From Balanoglossus misakiensis (taxonomy: Eukaryota; Animalia; Hemichordata): DNA of 64,000 bases. The position numbers were made by a program, and so were the translations under genes. The stretch lies in contig CM082580.2 of assembly GCA_040954595.2 (NCBI GenBank), forward strand, positions 9,526,390 to 9,590,389, given 5' to 3'. Below the pieces are notes generated by a model. It ran no database searches. It saw only the letters and a list, made by a program, of their open reading frames with translations, and was not told the DNA's origin. Shown here in pieces: positions 50,801-62,800 of this stretch. Within the stretch, counting starts at the first letter, position 1. The number at the start of each line of letters is the position of its first letter.

Positions 50801-53800
50801 AACCACGGGTTATAGCTCAGGAAAATCGTCAGAAATCGACGATTTTTCGACTTTGCGAATTTTGAAAATTTGGTCTTTTTTTGAAAAAACCATGGGTTAT
50901 AGCTCAGGAAAATCGTCAGAAATCGACGATTTTTCGACTTTGCGAATTTTGAAAATTTGGTCTTTTTTGAAAAAACCATGGGTTATAGCTCAGGAAAATC
51001 GTCAGAAATCGACGATTTTTCGACTTTGCGAATTTTGAAAATTTGGTCTTTTTTGAAAAAACCATGGGTTATAGCTCAGGAAAATCGTCAGAAATCGACG
51101 ATTTTTCGACTTTGCGAATTTTGAACATTTGGTCATTTTTTGAAAAAACCATGGTTATAGCTCAGGAAAATCGTCAGAAATCGACGATTTTTCGACTTTG
51201 CGAATTTTGAAAATTTGGTCATTTTTTGAAAAAACCATGGGTTATAGCTCAGGAAAATCGTCAGAAATCGACGATTTTTCGACTTTGCGAATTTTGAAAA
51301 TTTGGTCATTTTTTGAAAAACCATGGGTTATAGCTCAGGAAATCGTCAGAAATCGACGATTTTTCGACTTTGCGAATTTTGAAAATTTGGTCATTTTTTG
51401 AAAAAACCATGGGTTATAGCTCAGGAAAATCGTCAGAAATCGACGATTTTTCGACTTTGCGAATTTTGAAAATTTGGTCATTTTTTGAAAAAACCATGGG
51501 TTATAGCTCAGGAAAATCGTCAGAAATCGACGATTTTTCGACTTTGCGAATTTTGAAAATTTGGTCATTTTTTGAAAAAAAACATGGGTTATAGCTCAGG
51601 AAAATCGTCAGAAATCGACAATTTTTCGACTTTGCGAATTTTGAAAATTTGGTCATTTTTTGAAAAAAAACATGGGTTATAGCTCAGGAAAATCGTCAGA
51701 AATCGACGATTTTTCGACTTTGCGAATTTTGAAAATTTGGTCATTTTTTGAAAAAACCATGGGTTATAGCTCAGGAAAATCGTCAGAAATCGACGATTTT
51801 TCGACTTTGCGAATTTTGAAATTTGGACATTTTTTGAAAAAACCATGGGTTATAGCTCAGGAAAATCGTCAGAAATCGACGATTTTTCTACTTTGCGAAT
51901 TTTGAAAATTTGGTCATTTTTTGAAAAAACCATGGGTTATAGCTCAGGAAAATCGTCAGAAATCGACGATTTTTCTACTTTGCGAATTTTGAAAATTTGG
52001 TCATTTTTTGAAAAAACCATGGGTTATAGATCAGGAAAATCGTCAGAAATCGACGATTTTTCGACTTTGCGAATTTTGAAATTTGGTCATTTTTGAAAAA
52101 ACCATGGGTTATAGCTCAGGAAAATCGCCAGAAATCGACGATTTTTCGACTTTGCGAATTTTGAAATTTGGTCATTTTTTGAAAAAACCATGGGTTATAG
52201 CTCAGGAAAATCGCCAGAAATCGACGATTTTTCGACTTTGCGATTTTGAAAATTTGGTCATTTTTTGAAAAAACCATGGGTTATAGCTCAGGAAAATCGC
52301 CAGAAATCGACGATTTTTTCGACTTTGCGAATTTTGAAAATTTGGTCATTTTTTGAAAAAAACCATGGGTTATAGCTCAGGAAAATCGTCAGAAATCGAC
52401 GATTTTTCGACTTTGCGAATTTTGAAAATTTGGTCATTTTTTGAAAAAACCATGGGTTATAGCTCAGGAAAATCGTCAGAAATCGACGATTTTTCGACTT
52501 TGCGAATTTTGAAAATTTGGTCATTTTTTGAAAAAACCATGGGTTATAGCTCAGGAAAATCGTCAGAAATCGACGATTTTTCGACTTTGCGAATTTTGAA
52601 AATTTGGTCATTTTTTGAAAAAACCATGGGTTATAGCTCAGGAAAATCGCCAGAAATCGACGATTTTTCGACTTTGCGAATTTTGAAAATTTGGTCATTT
52701 TTTGAAAAAACCATGGGTTATAGCTCAGGAAAATCGCCAGAAATCGACGATTTTTCGACTTTGCGAATTTTGAAAATTTGGTCATTTTTTGAAAAAACCA
52801 TGGGTTATAGCTCAGGAAAATCGCCAGAAATCGACGATTTTTCGACTTTGCGAATTTTTGAAAATTTGGTCATTTTTTGAAAAAAACCATGGGTTATAGC
52901 TCAGGAAAATCGCCAGAAATCGACGATTTTTCGACTTTGCGAATTTTGAAAATTTGGTCATTTTTTGAAAAAACCATGGGTTATAGCTCAGGAAAATCGC
53001 CAGAAATCGACGATTTTTCGACTTTGCGAATTTTGAAAATTTGGTCATTTTTTGAAAAAACCATGGGTTATAGCTCAGGAAAATCGTCAGAAATCGACGA
53101 TTTTTCGACTTTGCGAATTTTGAAAATTTGGTCATTTTTTGAAAAAACCATGGGTTATAGCTCAGGAAAATCGCCAGAAATCGACGATTTTTCGACTTTG
53201 CGAATTTTGAAAATTTGGTCATTTTTTGAAAAAACCATGGGTTATAGCTCAGGAAAATCGCCAGAAATCGACGATTTTTCGACTTTGCGAATTTTGAAAA
53301 TTTGGTCATTTTTTGAAAAAACCATGGGTTATAGCTCAGGAAAATCGCCAGAAATCGACGATTTTTCGACTTTGCGAATTTTGAAAATTTGGTCATTTTT
53401 TGAAAAAACCATGGGTTATAGCTCAGGAAAATCGCCAGAAATCGACGATTTTTCGACTTTGCGAATTTTGAAAATTTGGTCATTTTTTGAAAAAAACCAT
53501 GGGTTATAGCTCAGGAAAATCGTCAGAAATCGACGATTTTTCGACTTTGCGAATTTTGAAAATTTGGTCATTTTTTGAAAAAACCATGGGTTATAGCTCA
53601 GGAAAATCGTCAGAAATCGACGATTTTTCGACTTTGCGAATTTTGAAAATTTGGTCATTTTTTGAAAAAACCATGGGTTATAGCTCAGGAAAATCGTCAG
53701 AAATCGACGATTTTTCGACTTTGCGAATTTTGAAAATTTGGTCATTTTTTGAAAAAACCATGGGTTATAGCTCAGGAAAATCGCCAGAAATCGACGATTT

Positions 53801-56800
53801 TTCGACTTTGCGAATTTTGAAAATTTGGTCATTTTTGAAAAAACCATGGGTTATAGCTCAGGAAAATCGCCAGAAATCGACGATTTTTCGACTTTGCGAA
53901 TTTTGAAAATTTGGTCATTTTTTGAAAAAACCATGGGTTATAGCTCAGGAAAATCGCCAGAAATCGACGATTTTTCGACTTTGCGAATTTTGATAATTTG
54001 GTCATTTTTTGAAAAAACCATGGGTTATAGCTCAGGAAAATCGCCAGAAATCGACGATTTTTCGACTTTGCGAATTTTGAAAATTTGGTCATTTTTTGAA
54101 AAAAACCATGGGTTATAGCTCAGGAAAATCGCCAGAAATCGACGATTTTCGAATTTGCGAATTTTGAAAATTTGGTCATTTTTTGAAAAAACCATGGGTT
54201 ATAGCTCAGGAAAATCGTCAGAAATCGACGATTTTTCGACTTTGCGAATTTTGAAAATTTGGTCATTTTTTGAAAAAACCATGGGTTATAGCTCAGGAAA
54301 ATCGCAGAAATCGACGATTTTTCGACTTTGCGAATTTTGAAAATTTGGTCATTTTTTGAAAAAAACCATGGGTTATAGCTCAGGAAAATCGCCAGAAATC
54401 GACGATTTTTCGACTTTGCGAATTTTGAAATTTGGTCATTTTTTGAAAAAACCATGGGTTATAGCTCAGGAAAATCGTCAGAAATCGACGATTTTTCGAC
54501 TTTGCGAATTTTGAAAATTTGGTCATTTTTTGAAAAACCATGGGTTATAGCTCAGGAAAATCGTCAGAAATCGACGATTTTTCGACTTTGCGAATTTGAA
54601 AATTTGGTCATTTTTTGAAAAAACCATGGGTTATAGCTCAGGAAAATCGTCAGAAATCGACGATTTTTCGACTTTGCGAATTTTGAAAATTTTGTCATTT
54701 TTTGAAAAAAACATGGGTTATAGCTCAGGAAAATCGCCAGAAATCGACGATTTTTCGACTTTGCGAATTTTGAAAATTTGGTCATTTTTTGAAAAAACCA
54801 TGGGTTATAGCTCAGGAAAATCGTCAGAAATCGACGATTTTTCGACTTTGCGAATTTTGAAAATTTGGTCATTTTTTGAAAAAACCATGGGTTATAGCTC
54901 AGGAAAATCGTCAGAAATCGACGATTTTTCGACTTTGCGAATTTTGAAAATGTCGTCATTTTTTTGAAAAAACCATGGGTTATAGCTCAGGAAATCGCCA
55001 GAAATCGACGATTTTTCGACTTTGCGAATTTTGAAAAATTTGGTCATTTTTTTGAAAAAAATCATGGGTTATAGCTCAGGAAAATCGCCAGAAATCGACG
55101 ATTTTTCGACTTTGCGAATTTTGAAAATTTGGTCATTTTTTGAAAAAACCATGGGTTATAGCTCAGGAAAATCGCCAGAAATCGACGATTTTTCGACTTT
55201 GCGAATTTTGAAAAATTTGGTCATTTTTTGAAAAAACCATGGGTTATAGCTCAGGAAAATCGCCAGAAATCGACGATTTTTCGACTTTGCGAATTTTGAA
55301 AATTTGGTCATTTTTTGAAAAAACCATGGGTTATAGCTCAGGAAAATCGTCAGAAATCGACGATTTTTCGACTTTGCGAATTTTGAAAATTTGGTCATTT
55401 TTTGAAAAAACCATGGGTTATAGCTCAGGAAAATCGTCAGAAATCGACGATTTTTCGACTTTGCGAATTTTGAAAAATTTGGTCATTTTTGAAAAAACCA
55501 TGGGTTATAGCTCAGGAAAATCGCCAGAAATCGACGATTTTTCGACTTTGCGAATTTTGAAAATTTGGTCATTTTTTGAAAAAACCATGGGTTATAGCTC
55601 AGGAAAATCGCCAGAAATCGACGATTTTTCGACTTTGCGAATTTTGAAAATTTGGTCATTTTTTGAAAAAACCATGGGTTATAGCTCAGGAAAATCGCCA
55701 GAAATCGACGATTTTTCGACTTTGCGAATTTTGAAAATTTGGTCATTTTTTGAAAAAACCATGGGTTATAGCTCAGGAAAATCGCCAGAAATCGACGATT
55801 TTTCGACTTTGCGAATTTTGAAAATTTGGTCATTTTTTGAAAAAACCATGGGTTATAGCTCAGGAAAATCGCCAGAAATCGACGATTTTTCGACTTTGCG
55901 AATTTTGAAAATTTGGTCATTTTTTGAAAAAACCATGGGTTATAGTCAGGAAAATCGCCAGAAATCGACGATTTTTCGACTTTGCGAATTTTGAAAATTT
56001 GGTCATTTTTTGAAAAAACCATGGGTTATAGCTCAGGAAAATCGCCAGAAATCGACGATTTTTCGACTTTGCGAATTTGAAAATTTGGTCATTTTTTGAA
56101 AAAACCATGGGTTATAGCTCAGGAAAATCGCCAGAAATCGACGATTTTTCGACTTTGCGAATTTTGAAAATTTGGTCATTTTTTGAAAAAACCATGGGTT
56201 ATAGCTCAGGAAAATCGTCAGAAATCGACGATTTTTCGACTTTGCGAATTTTGAAAATTTGGTCATTTTTTGAAAAAACCATGGGTTATAGCTCAGGAAA
56301 ATCGCCAGAAATCGACGATTTTTCGACTTTGCGAATTTTGAAAATTTGGTCATTTTTTGATAAAACCATGGGTTATAGCTCAGGAAAATCGCCAGAAATC
56401 GACGATTTTTCGACTTTGCGAATTTTGAAAATTTGGTCATTTTATGAAAAAACCATGGGTTATAGCTCAGGAAAATCGTCAGAAATCGACGATTTTTCGA
56501 CTTTGCGAATTTTGAAAATTTGGTCATTTTTTGAAAAAACCATGGGTTAGAGCTCAGGAAAATCGCTAGAAATCGACGATTTTTCGACTTTGCGAATTTT
56601 GAAAATTTGGTCATTTTTTGATAAAACCATGGGTTATAGCTCAGGAAAATCGCCAGAAATCGACGATTTTTCGACTTTGCGAATTTTGAAAATTTGGTCA
56701 TTTTATGAAAAAAACCATGGGTTATAGCTCAGGAAAATCGTCAGAAATCGACGATTTTTCGACTTTGCGAATTTTGAATATTTGGTCATTTTTTGAAAAA

Positions 56801-59800
56801 ACCATGGGTTATAGCTCAGGAAAATCGTCAGAAATCGACGATTTTTCGACTTTGCGAATTTTGAAAATTTGGTCATTTTTTGAAAAAACCATGGTTATAG
56901 CTCAGGAAAATCGCCAGAAATCGACGATTTTTCGACTTTGCGAATTTTGATAATTTGGTCATTTTTTGAAAAAACCATGGGTTATAGCTCAGGAAAATCG
57001 CCAGAAATCGACGATTTTTCGACTTTGCGAATTTTGAAAATTTGGTCATTTTTTGAAAAAACCATGGGTTATAGCTCAGGAAAATCGCCAGAAATCGACG
57101 ATTTTTCGAATTTGCGAATTTTGAAAATTTGGTCATTTTTTGAAAAACCATGGGTTATAGCTCAGGAAAATCGTCAGAAATCGACGATTTTTCGACTTTG
57201 CGAATTTTGAAAATTTGGTCATTTTTTGAAAAAACCATGGGTTATAGCTCAGGAAAATCGCCAGAAATCGACGATTTTTCGACTTTGCGAATTTTGAAAA
57301 TTTGGTCATTTTTTGAAAAAACCATGGGTTATAGCTCAGGAAAATCGCCAGAAATCGACGATTTTTCGACTTTGCGAATTTGAAAATTTGGTCATTTTTT
57401 GAAAAAACCATGGGTTATAGCTCAGGAAAATCGTCAGAAATCGACGATTTTTCGACTTTGCGAATTTTGAAAATTTGGTCATTTTTTGAAAAAACCATGG
57501 GTTATAGCTCAGGAAAATCGTCAGAAATCGACGATTTTTCGACTTTGCGAATTTTGAAAATTTGGTCATTTTTTGAAAAAACCATGGGTTATAGCTCAGG
57601 AAAATCGTCAGAAATCGACGATTTTTCGACTTTGCGAATTTTGAAAATTTTGTCATTTTTTGAAAAAAACATGGGTTATAGCTCAGGAAAATCGCCAGAA
57701 ATCGACGATTTTCTACTTTGCGAATTTTGAAAATTTGGTCATTTTTTGAAAAAACCATGGGTTATAGCTCAGGAAAATCGTCAGAAATCGACGATTTTCG
57801 ACTTTGCGAATTTTTGAAAATTTGGTCATTTTTTGAAAAAACCATGGGTTATAGCTCAGGAAAATCGTCAGAAATCGACGATTTTTCGACTTTGCGAATT
57901 TTGAAAATGTCGTCATTTTTTGAAAAAACCATGGGGTTATAGCTCAGGAAAATCGCCAGAAATCGACGATTTTTCGACTTTGCGAATTTTGAAAATTTGG
58001 TCATTTTTTGAAAAAACCATGGGTTATAGCTCAGGAAAATCGCCAGAAATCGACGATTTTTCGACTTTGCGAATTTTGAAAATTTGGTCATTTTTGAAAA
58101 AACCATGGGTTATAGCTCAGGAAAATCGCCAGAAATCGACGATTTTTCGACTTTGCGAATTTTGAAAATTTGGTCATTTTTTGAAAAAACCATGGTTATA
58201 GCTCAGGAAAATCGCCAGAAATCGACGATTTTTCGACTTTGCGAATTTTGAAAATTTGGTCATTTTTTGAAAAAACCATGGGTTATAGCTCAGGAAAATC
58301 GTCAGAAATCGACGATTTTTTCGACTTTGCGAATTTTGAAAATTTGGTCATTTTTTGAAAAAACCATGGGTTATAGCTCAGGAAAATCGTCAGAAATCGA
58401 CGATTTTTCGACTTTGCGAATTTTGAAAATTTGGTCATTTTTTGAAAAAACCATGGGTTATAGCTCAGGAAAATCGCCAGAAATCGACGATTTTTCGACT
58501 TTGCGAATTTTGAAAATTTGGTCATTTTTTGAAAAAACCATGGGTTATAGCTCAGGAAAATCGCCAGAAATCGACGATTTTTTCGACTTTGCGAATTTTG
58601 AAAATTTGGTCATTTTTTGAAAAAACCATGGGTTATAGCTCAGGAAATCGCCAGAAATCGACGATTTTTCGACTTTGCGAATTTTGAAAATTTGGTCATT
58701 TTTGAAAAAACCATGGGTTATAGCTCAGGAAAATCGCCAGAAATCGACGATTTTTCGACTTTGCGAATTTTGAAAATTTTGGTCATTTTTTGAAAAAACC
58801 ATGGGTTATAGCTCAGGAAAATCGCCAGAAATCCGACGATTTTTCGACTTTGCGAATTTTGAAAATTTGGTCATTTTTTGAAAAAACCATGGGTTATAGC
58901 TCAGGAAAATCGCCAGAAATCGACGATTTTTCGACTTTGCGAATTTTGAAAATTTGGTCATTTTTTGAAAAAACCATGGGTTATAGCTCAGGAAAATCGC
59001 CAGAAATCGACGATTTTTCGACTTTGCGAATTTTGAAAATTTGGTCATTTTTTGAAAAAACCATGGGTTTATAGCTCAGGAAAATCGTCAGAAATCGACG
59101 ATTTTTCGACTTTGCGAATTTTGAAAATTTGGTCATTTTTTGAAAAAACCATGGGTTATAGCTCAGGAAAATCGCCAGAAATCGACGATTTTTCGACTTT
59201 GCGAATTTTGAAAATTTGGTCATTTTTTGATAAAACCATGGGTTATAGCTCAGGAAAATCGCCAGAAATCGACGATTTTTCGACTTTGCGAATTTTGAAA
59301 ATTTGGTCATTTTATGAAAAAACCATGGGTTATAGCTCAGGAAAATCGTCAGAAATCGACGATTTTTCGACTTTGCGAATTTTGAAAATTTGGTCATTTT
59401 TTGAAAAAACCATGGGTTATAGCTCAGGAAAATCGTCAGAAATCGACGATTTTCGACTTTGCGAATTTTGAAAATTTGGTCATTTTTTGATAAAACCATG
59501 GGTTATAGCTCAGGAAAATCGCCAGAAATCGACGATTTTTCGACTTTGCGAATTTTGAAAATTTGGTCATTTTATGAAAAACCATGGGTTATAGCTCAGG
59601 AAAATCGTCAGAAATCGACGATTTTTCGACTTTGCGAATTTTGAATATTTGGTCATTTTTTGAAAAAACCATGGGTTATAGCTCAGGAAAATCGTCAGAA
59701 ATCGACGATTTTTTCGACTTTGCGAATTTTGAAAATTTGGTCATTTTTTGAAAAAACCATGGGTTATAGCTCAGGAAAATCGTCAGAAATCGACGATTTT

Positions 59801-62800
59801 TCGACTTTGCGAATTTTGAAAATTTGGTCATTTTTTGAAAAAACCATGGGTTATAGCTCAGGAAAATCGTCAGAAATCGACGATTTTTCGACTTTGCGAA
59901 TTTTGAAAATTTGGTCATTTTTTGAAAAAACCATGGGTTATAGCTCAGGAAAATCGTCAGAAATCGACGATTTTTCGACTTTGCGAATTTTGAAAATTTG
60001 GTCATTTTTTGAAAAAACCATGGGTTATAGCTCAGGAAAATCGTCAGAAATCGACGATTTTTCGACTTTGCGAATTTTGAAAATTTGGTCATTTTTTGAA
60101 AAAACCATGGGTTATAGCTCAGGAAAATCGTCAGAAATCGACGATTTTTCGACTTTGCGAATTTTGAAAATTTGGTCATTTTTTGAAAAAAAACCATGGG
60201 TTATAGCTCAGGAAAATCGTCAGAAATCGACGATTTTTCGACTTTGCGAATTTTGAAAATTTGGTCATTTTTTGAAAAAAACATGGGTTATAGCTCAGGA
60301 AAATCGTCAGAAATCGACGATTTTTCGACTTTGCGAATTTTGAAAATTGGTCATTTTTTGAAAAAACCATGGGTTATAGCTCAGGAAAATCGTCAGAAAT
60401 CGACGATTTTTCGACTTTGCGAATTTTGAAAATTTGGTCATTTTTTGAAAAAACCATGGGTTATAGCTCAGGAAAATCGCCAGAAATCGACGATTTTTCG
60501 ACTTTGCGAATTTTGAGAATTTGGTCATTTTTTGAAAAAACCATGGGTTATAGCTCAGGAAAATCGCCAGAAATCGACGATTTTTCGACTTTGCGAATTT
60601 TGAAAATTTGGTCATTTTTTGAAAAAACCATGGGTTATAGCTCAGGAAAATCGCCAGAAATCGACGATTGTTCGACTTTGCGAATTTTGAAAATTTGGTC
60701 ATTTTTTGAAAAAACCATGGGTTATAGCTCAGGAAAATCGCCAGAAATCGACGATTTTTCGACTTTGCGAATTTTGAAAATTTGGTCATTTTTTGAAAAA
60801 ACCATGGGTTATAGCTCAGGAAAATCGTCAGAAATCGACGATTTTTCGACTTTGCGAATTTTGAAAATTTGGTCATTTTTGAAAAACCATGGGTTATAGC
60901 TCAGGAAAATCGTCAGAAATCGACGATTTTTCGACTTTGCGAATTTTGAAAATGTCGTCATTTTTGAAAAAACCATGGTTATAGCTCAGGAAAATCGCCA
61001 GAAATCGACGATTTTTCGACTTTGCGAATTTTGAAAATTTGGTCATTTTTTGAAAAAAACATGGGTTATAGCTCAGGAAAATCGTCAGAAATCGACGATT
61101 TTTCGACTTTGCGAATTTTGAAAATTTGGTCATTTTTTGAAAAAAAACATGGGTTATAGCTCAGGAAAATCGTCAGAAATCGACGATTTTTCGACTTTGC
61201 GAATTTTGAAAATTTGGTCATTTTTTGAAAAAACATGGGTTATAGCTCAGGAAAATCGTCAGAAATCGACGAATTTTCGACTTTGCGAATTTTGAAAATT
61301 TGGTCATTTTTTGAAAAAACCATGGGTTATAGCTCAGGAAAATCGTCAGAAATCGACGATTTTTCGACTTTGCGAATTTTGAAAATTTGGTCATTTTTGA
61401 AAAAACCATGGGTTATAGCTCAGGAAAATCGCCAGAAATCGACGATTTTTCGACTTTGCGAATTTTGATAATTTGGTCATTTTTTGAAAAAACCATGGGT
61501 TATAGCTCAGGAAAATCGCCAGAAATCGACGATTTTTCGACTTTGCGAATTTTGAAAATTTGGTCATTTTTTGAAAAAACCATGGGTTATAGCTCAGGAA
61601 AATCGCCAGAAATCGACGATTTTTCGAATTGCGAATTTTGAAAATTTGGTCATTTTTTGAAAAAACCATGGGTTATAGCTCAGGAAAATCGCCAGAAATC
61701 GACGATTTTTTCGACTTTGCGAATTTTGAAAATTTGGTCATTTTTTGAAAAAACCATGGGTTATAGCTCAGGAAAATCGTCAGAAATCGACGATTTTTCG
61801 ACTTTGCGAATTTTGAAAATTGGTCATTTTTTGAAAAAACCATGGGTTATAGCTCAGGAAAATCGTCAGAAATCGACGATTTTTCGACTTTGCGAATTTT
61901 GAAAATGTCGTCATTTTTTGAAAAAACCATGGGTTATAGCTCAGGAAATCGCCAGAAATCGACGATTTTCGACTTTGCGAATTTTGAAAATTTGGTCATT
62001 TTTTGAAAAAAACATGGGTTATAGCTCAGGAAAATCGTCAGAAATCGACGATTTTTCGACTTTGCGAATTTTGAAAATTTGGTCATTTTTTGAAAAAAAC
62101 ATGGGTTATAGCTCAGGAAAATCGTCAGAAATCGACGATTTTTCGACTTTGCGAATTTTGAAAATTTGGTCATTTTTTGAAAAAACCATGGGTTTATAGC
62201 TCAGGAAAATCGTCAGAAATCGACGAATTTTCGACTTTGCGAATTTTGAAAATTTGGTCATTTTTTGAAAAAACCATGGGTTATAGCTCAGGAAAATCGT
62301 CAGAAATCGACGATTTTTCGACTTTGCGAATTTTGAAAATTTGGTCATTTTTTGAAAAAACCATGGGTTATAGCTCAGGAAAATCGCCAGAAATCGACGA
62401 TTTTTCGACTTTGCGAATTTTGATAATTTGGTCATTTTTTGAAAAAACCATGGGTTATAGCTCAGGAAAATCGCCAGAAATCGACGATTTTTCGACTTTG
62501 CGAATTTTGAAAATTTGGTCATTTTTTGAAAAAACCATGGGTTATAGCTCAGGAAAATCGCCAGAAATCGACGATTTTTCGAATTTGCGAATTTTGAAAA
62601 TTTGGTCATTTTTTGAAAAAACCATGGGTTATAGCTCAGGAAAATCGTCAGAAATCGACGATTTTTCGACTTTGCGAATTTTGAAAATTTGGTCATTTTT
62701 TGAAAAAACCATGGGTTATAGCTCAGGAAAATCGCCAGAAATCGACGATTTTTCGACTTTGCGAATTTTGAAAATTTGGTCATTTTTTGAAAAAACCATG

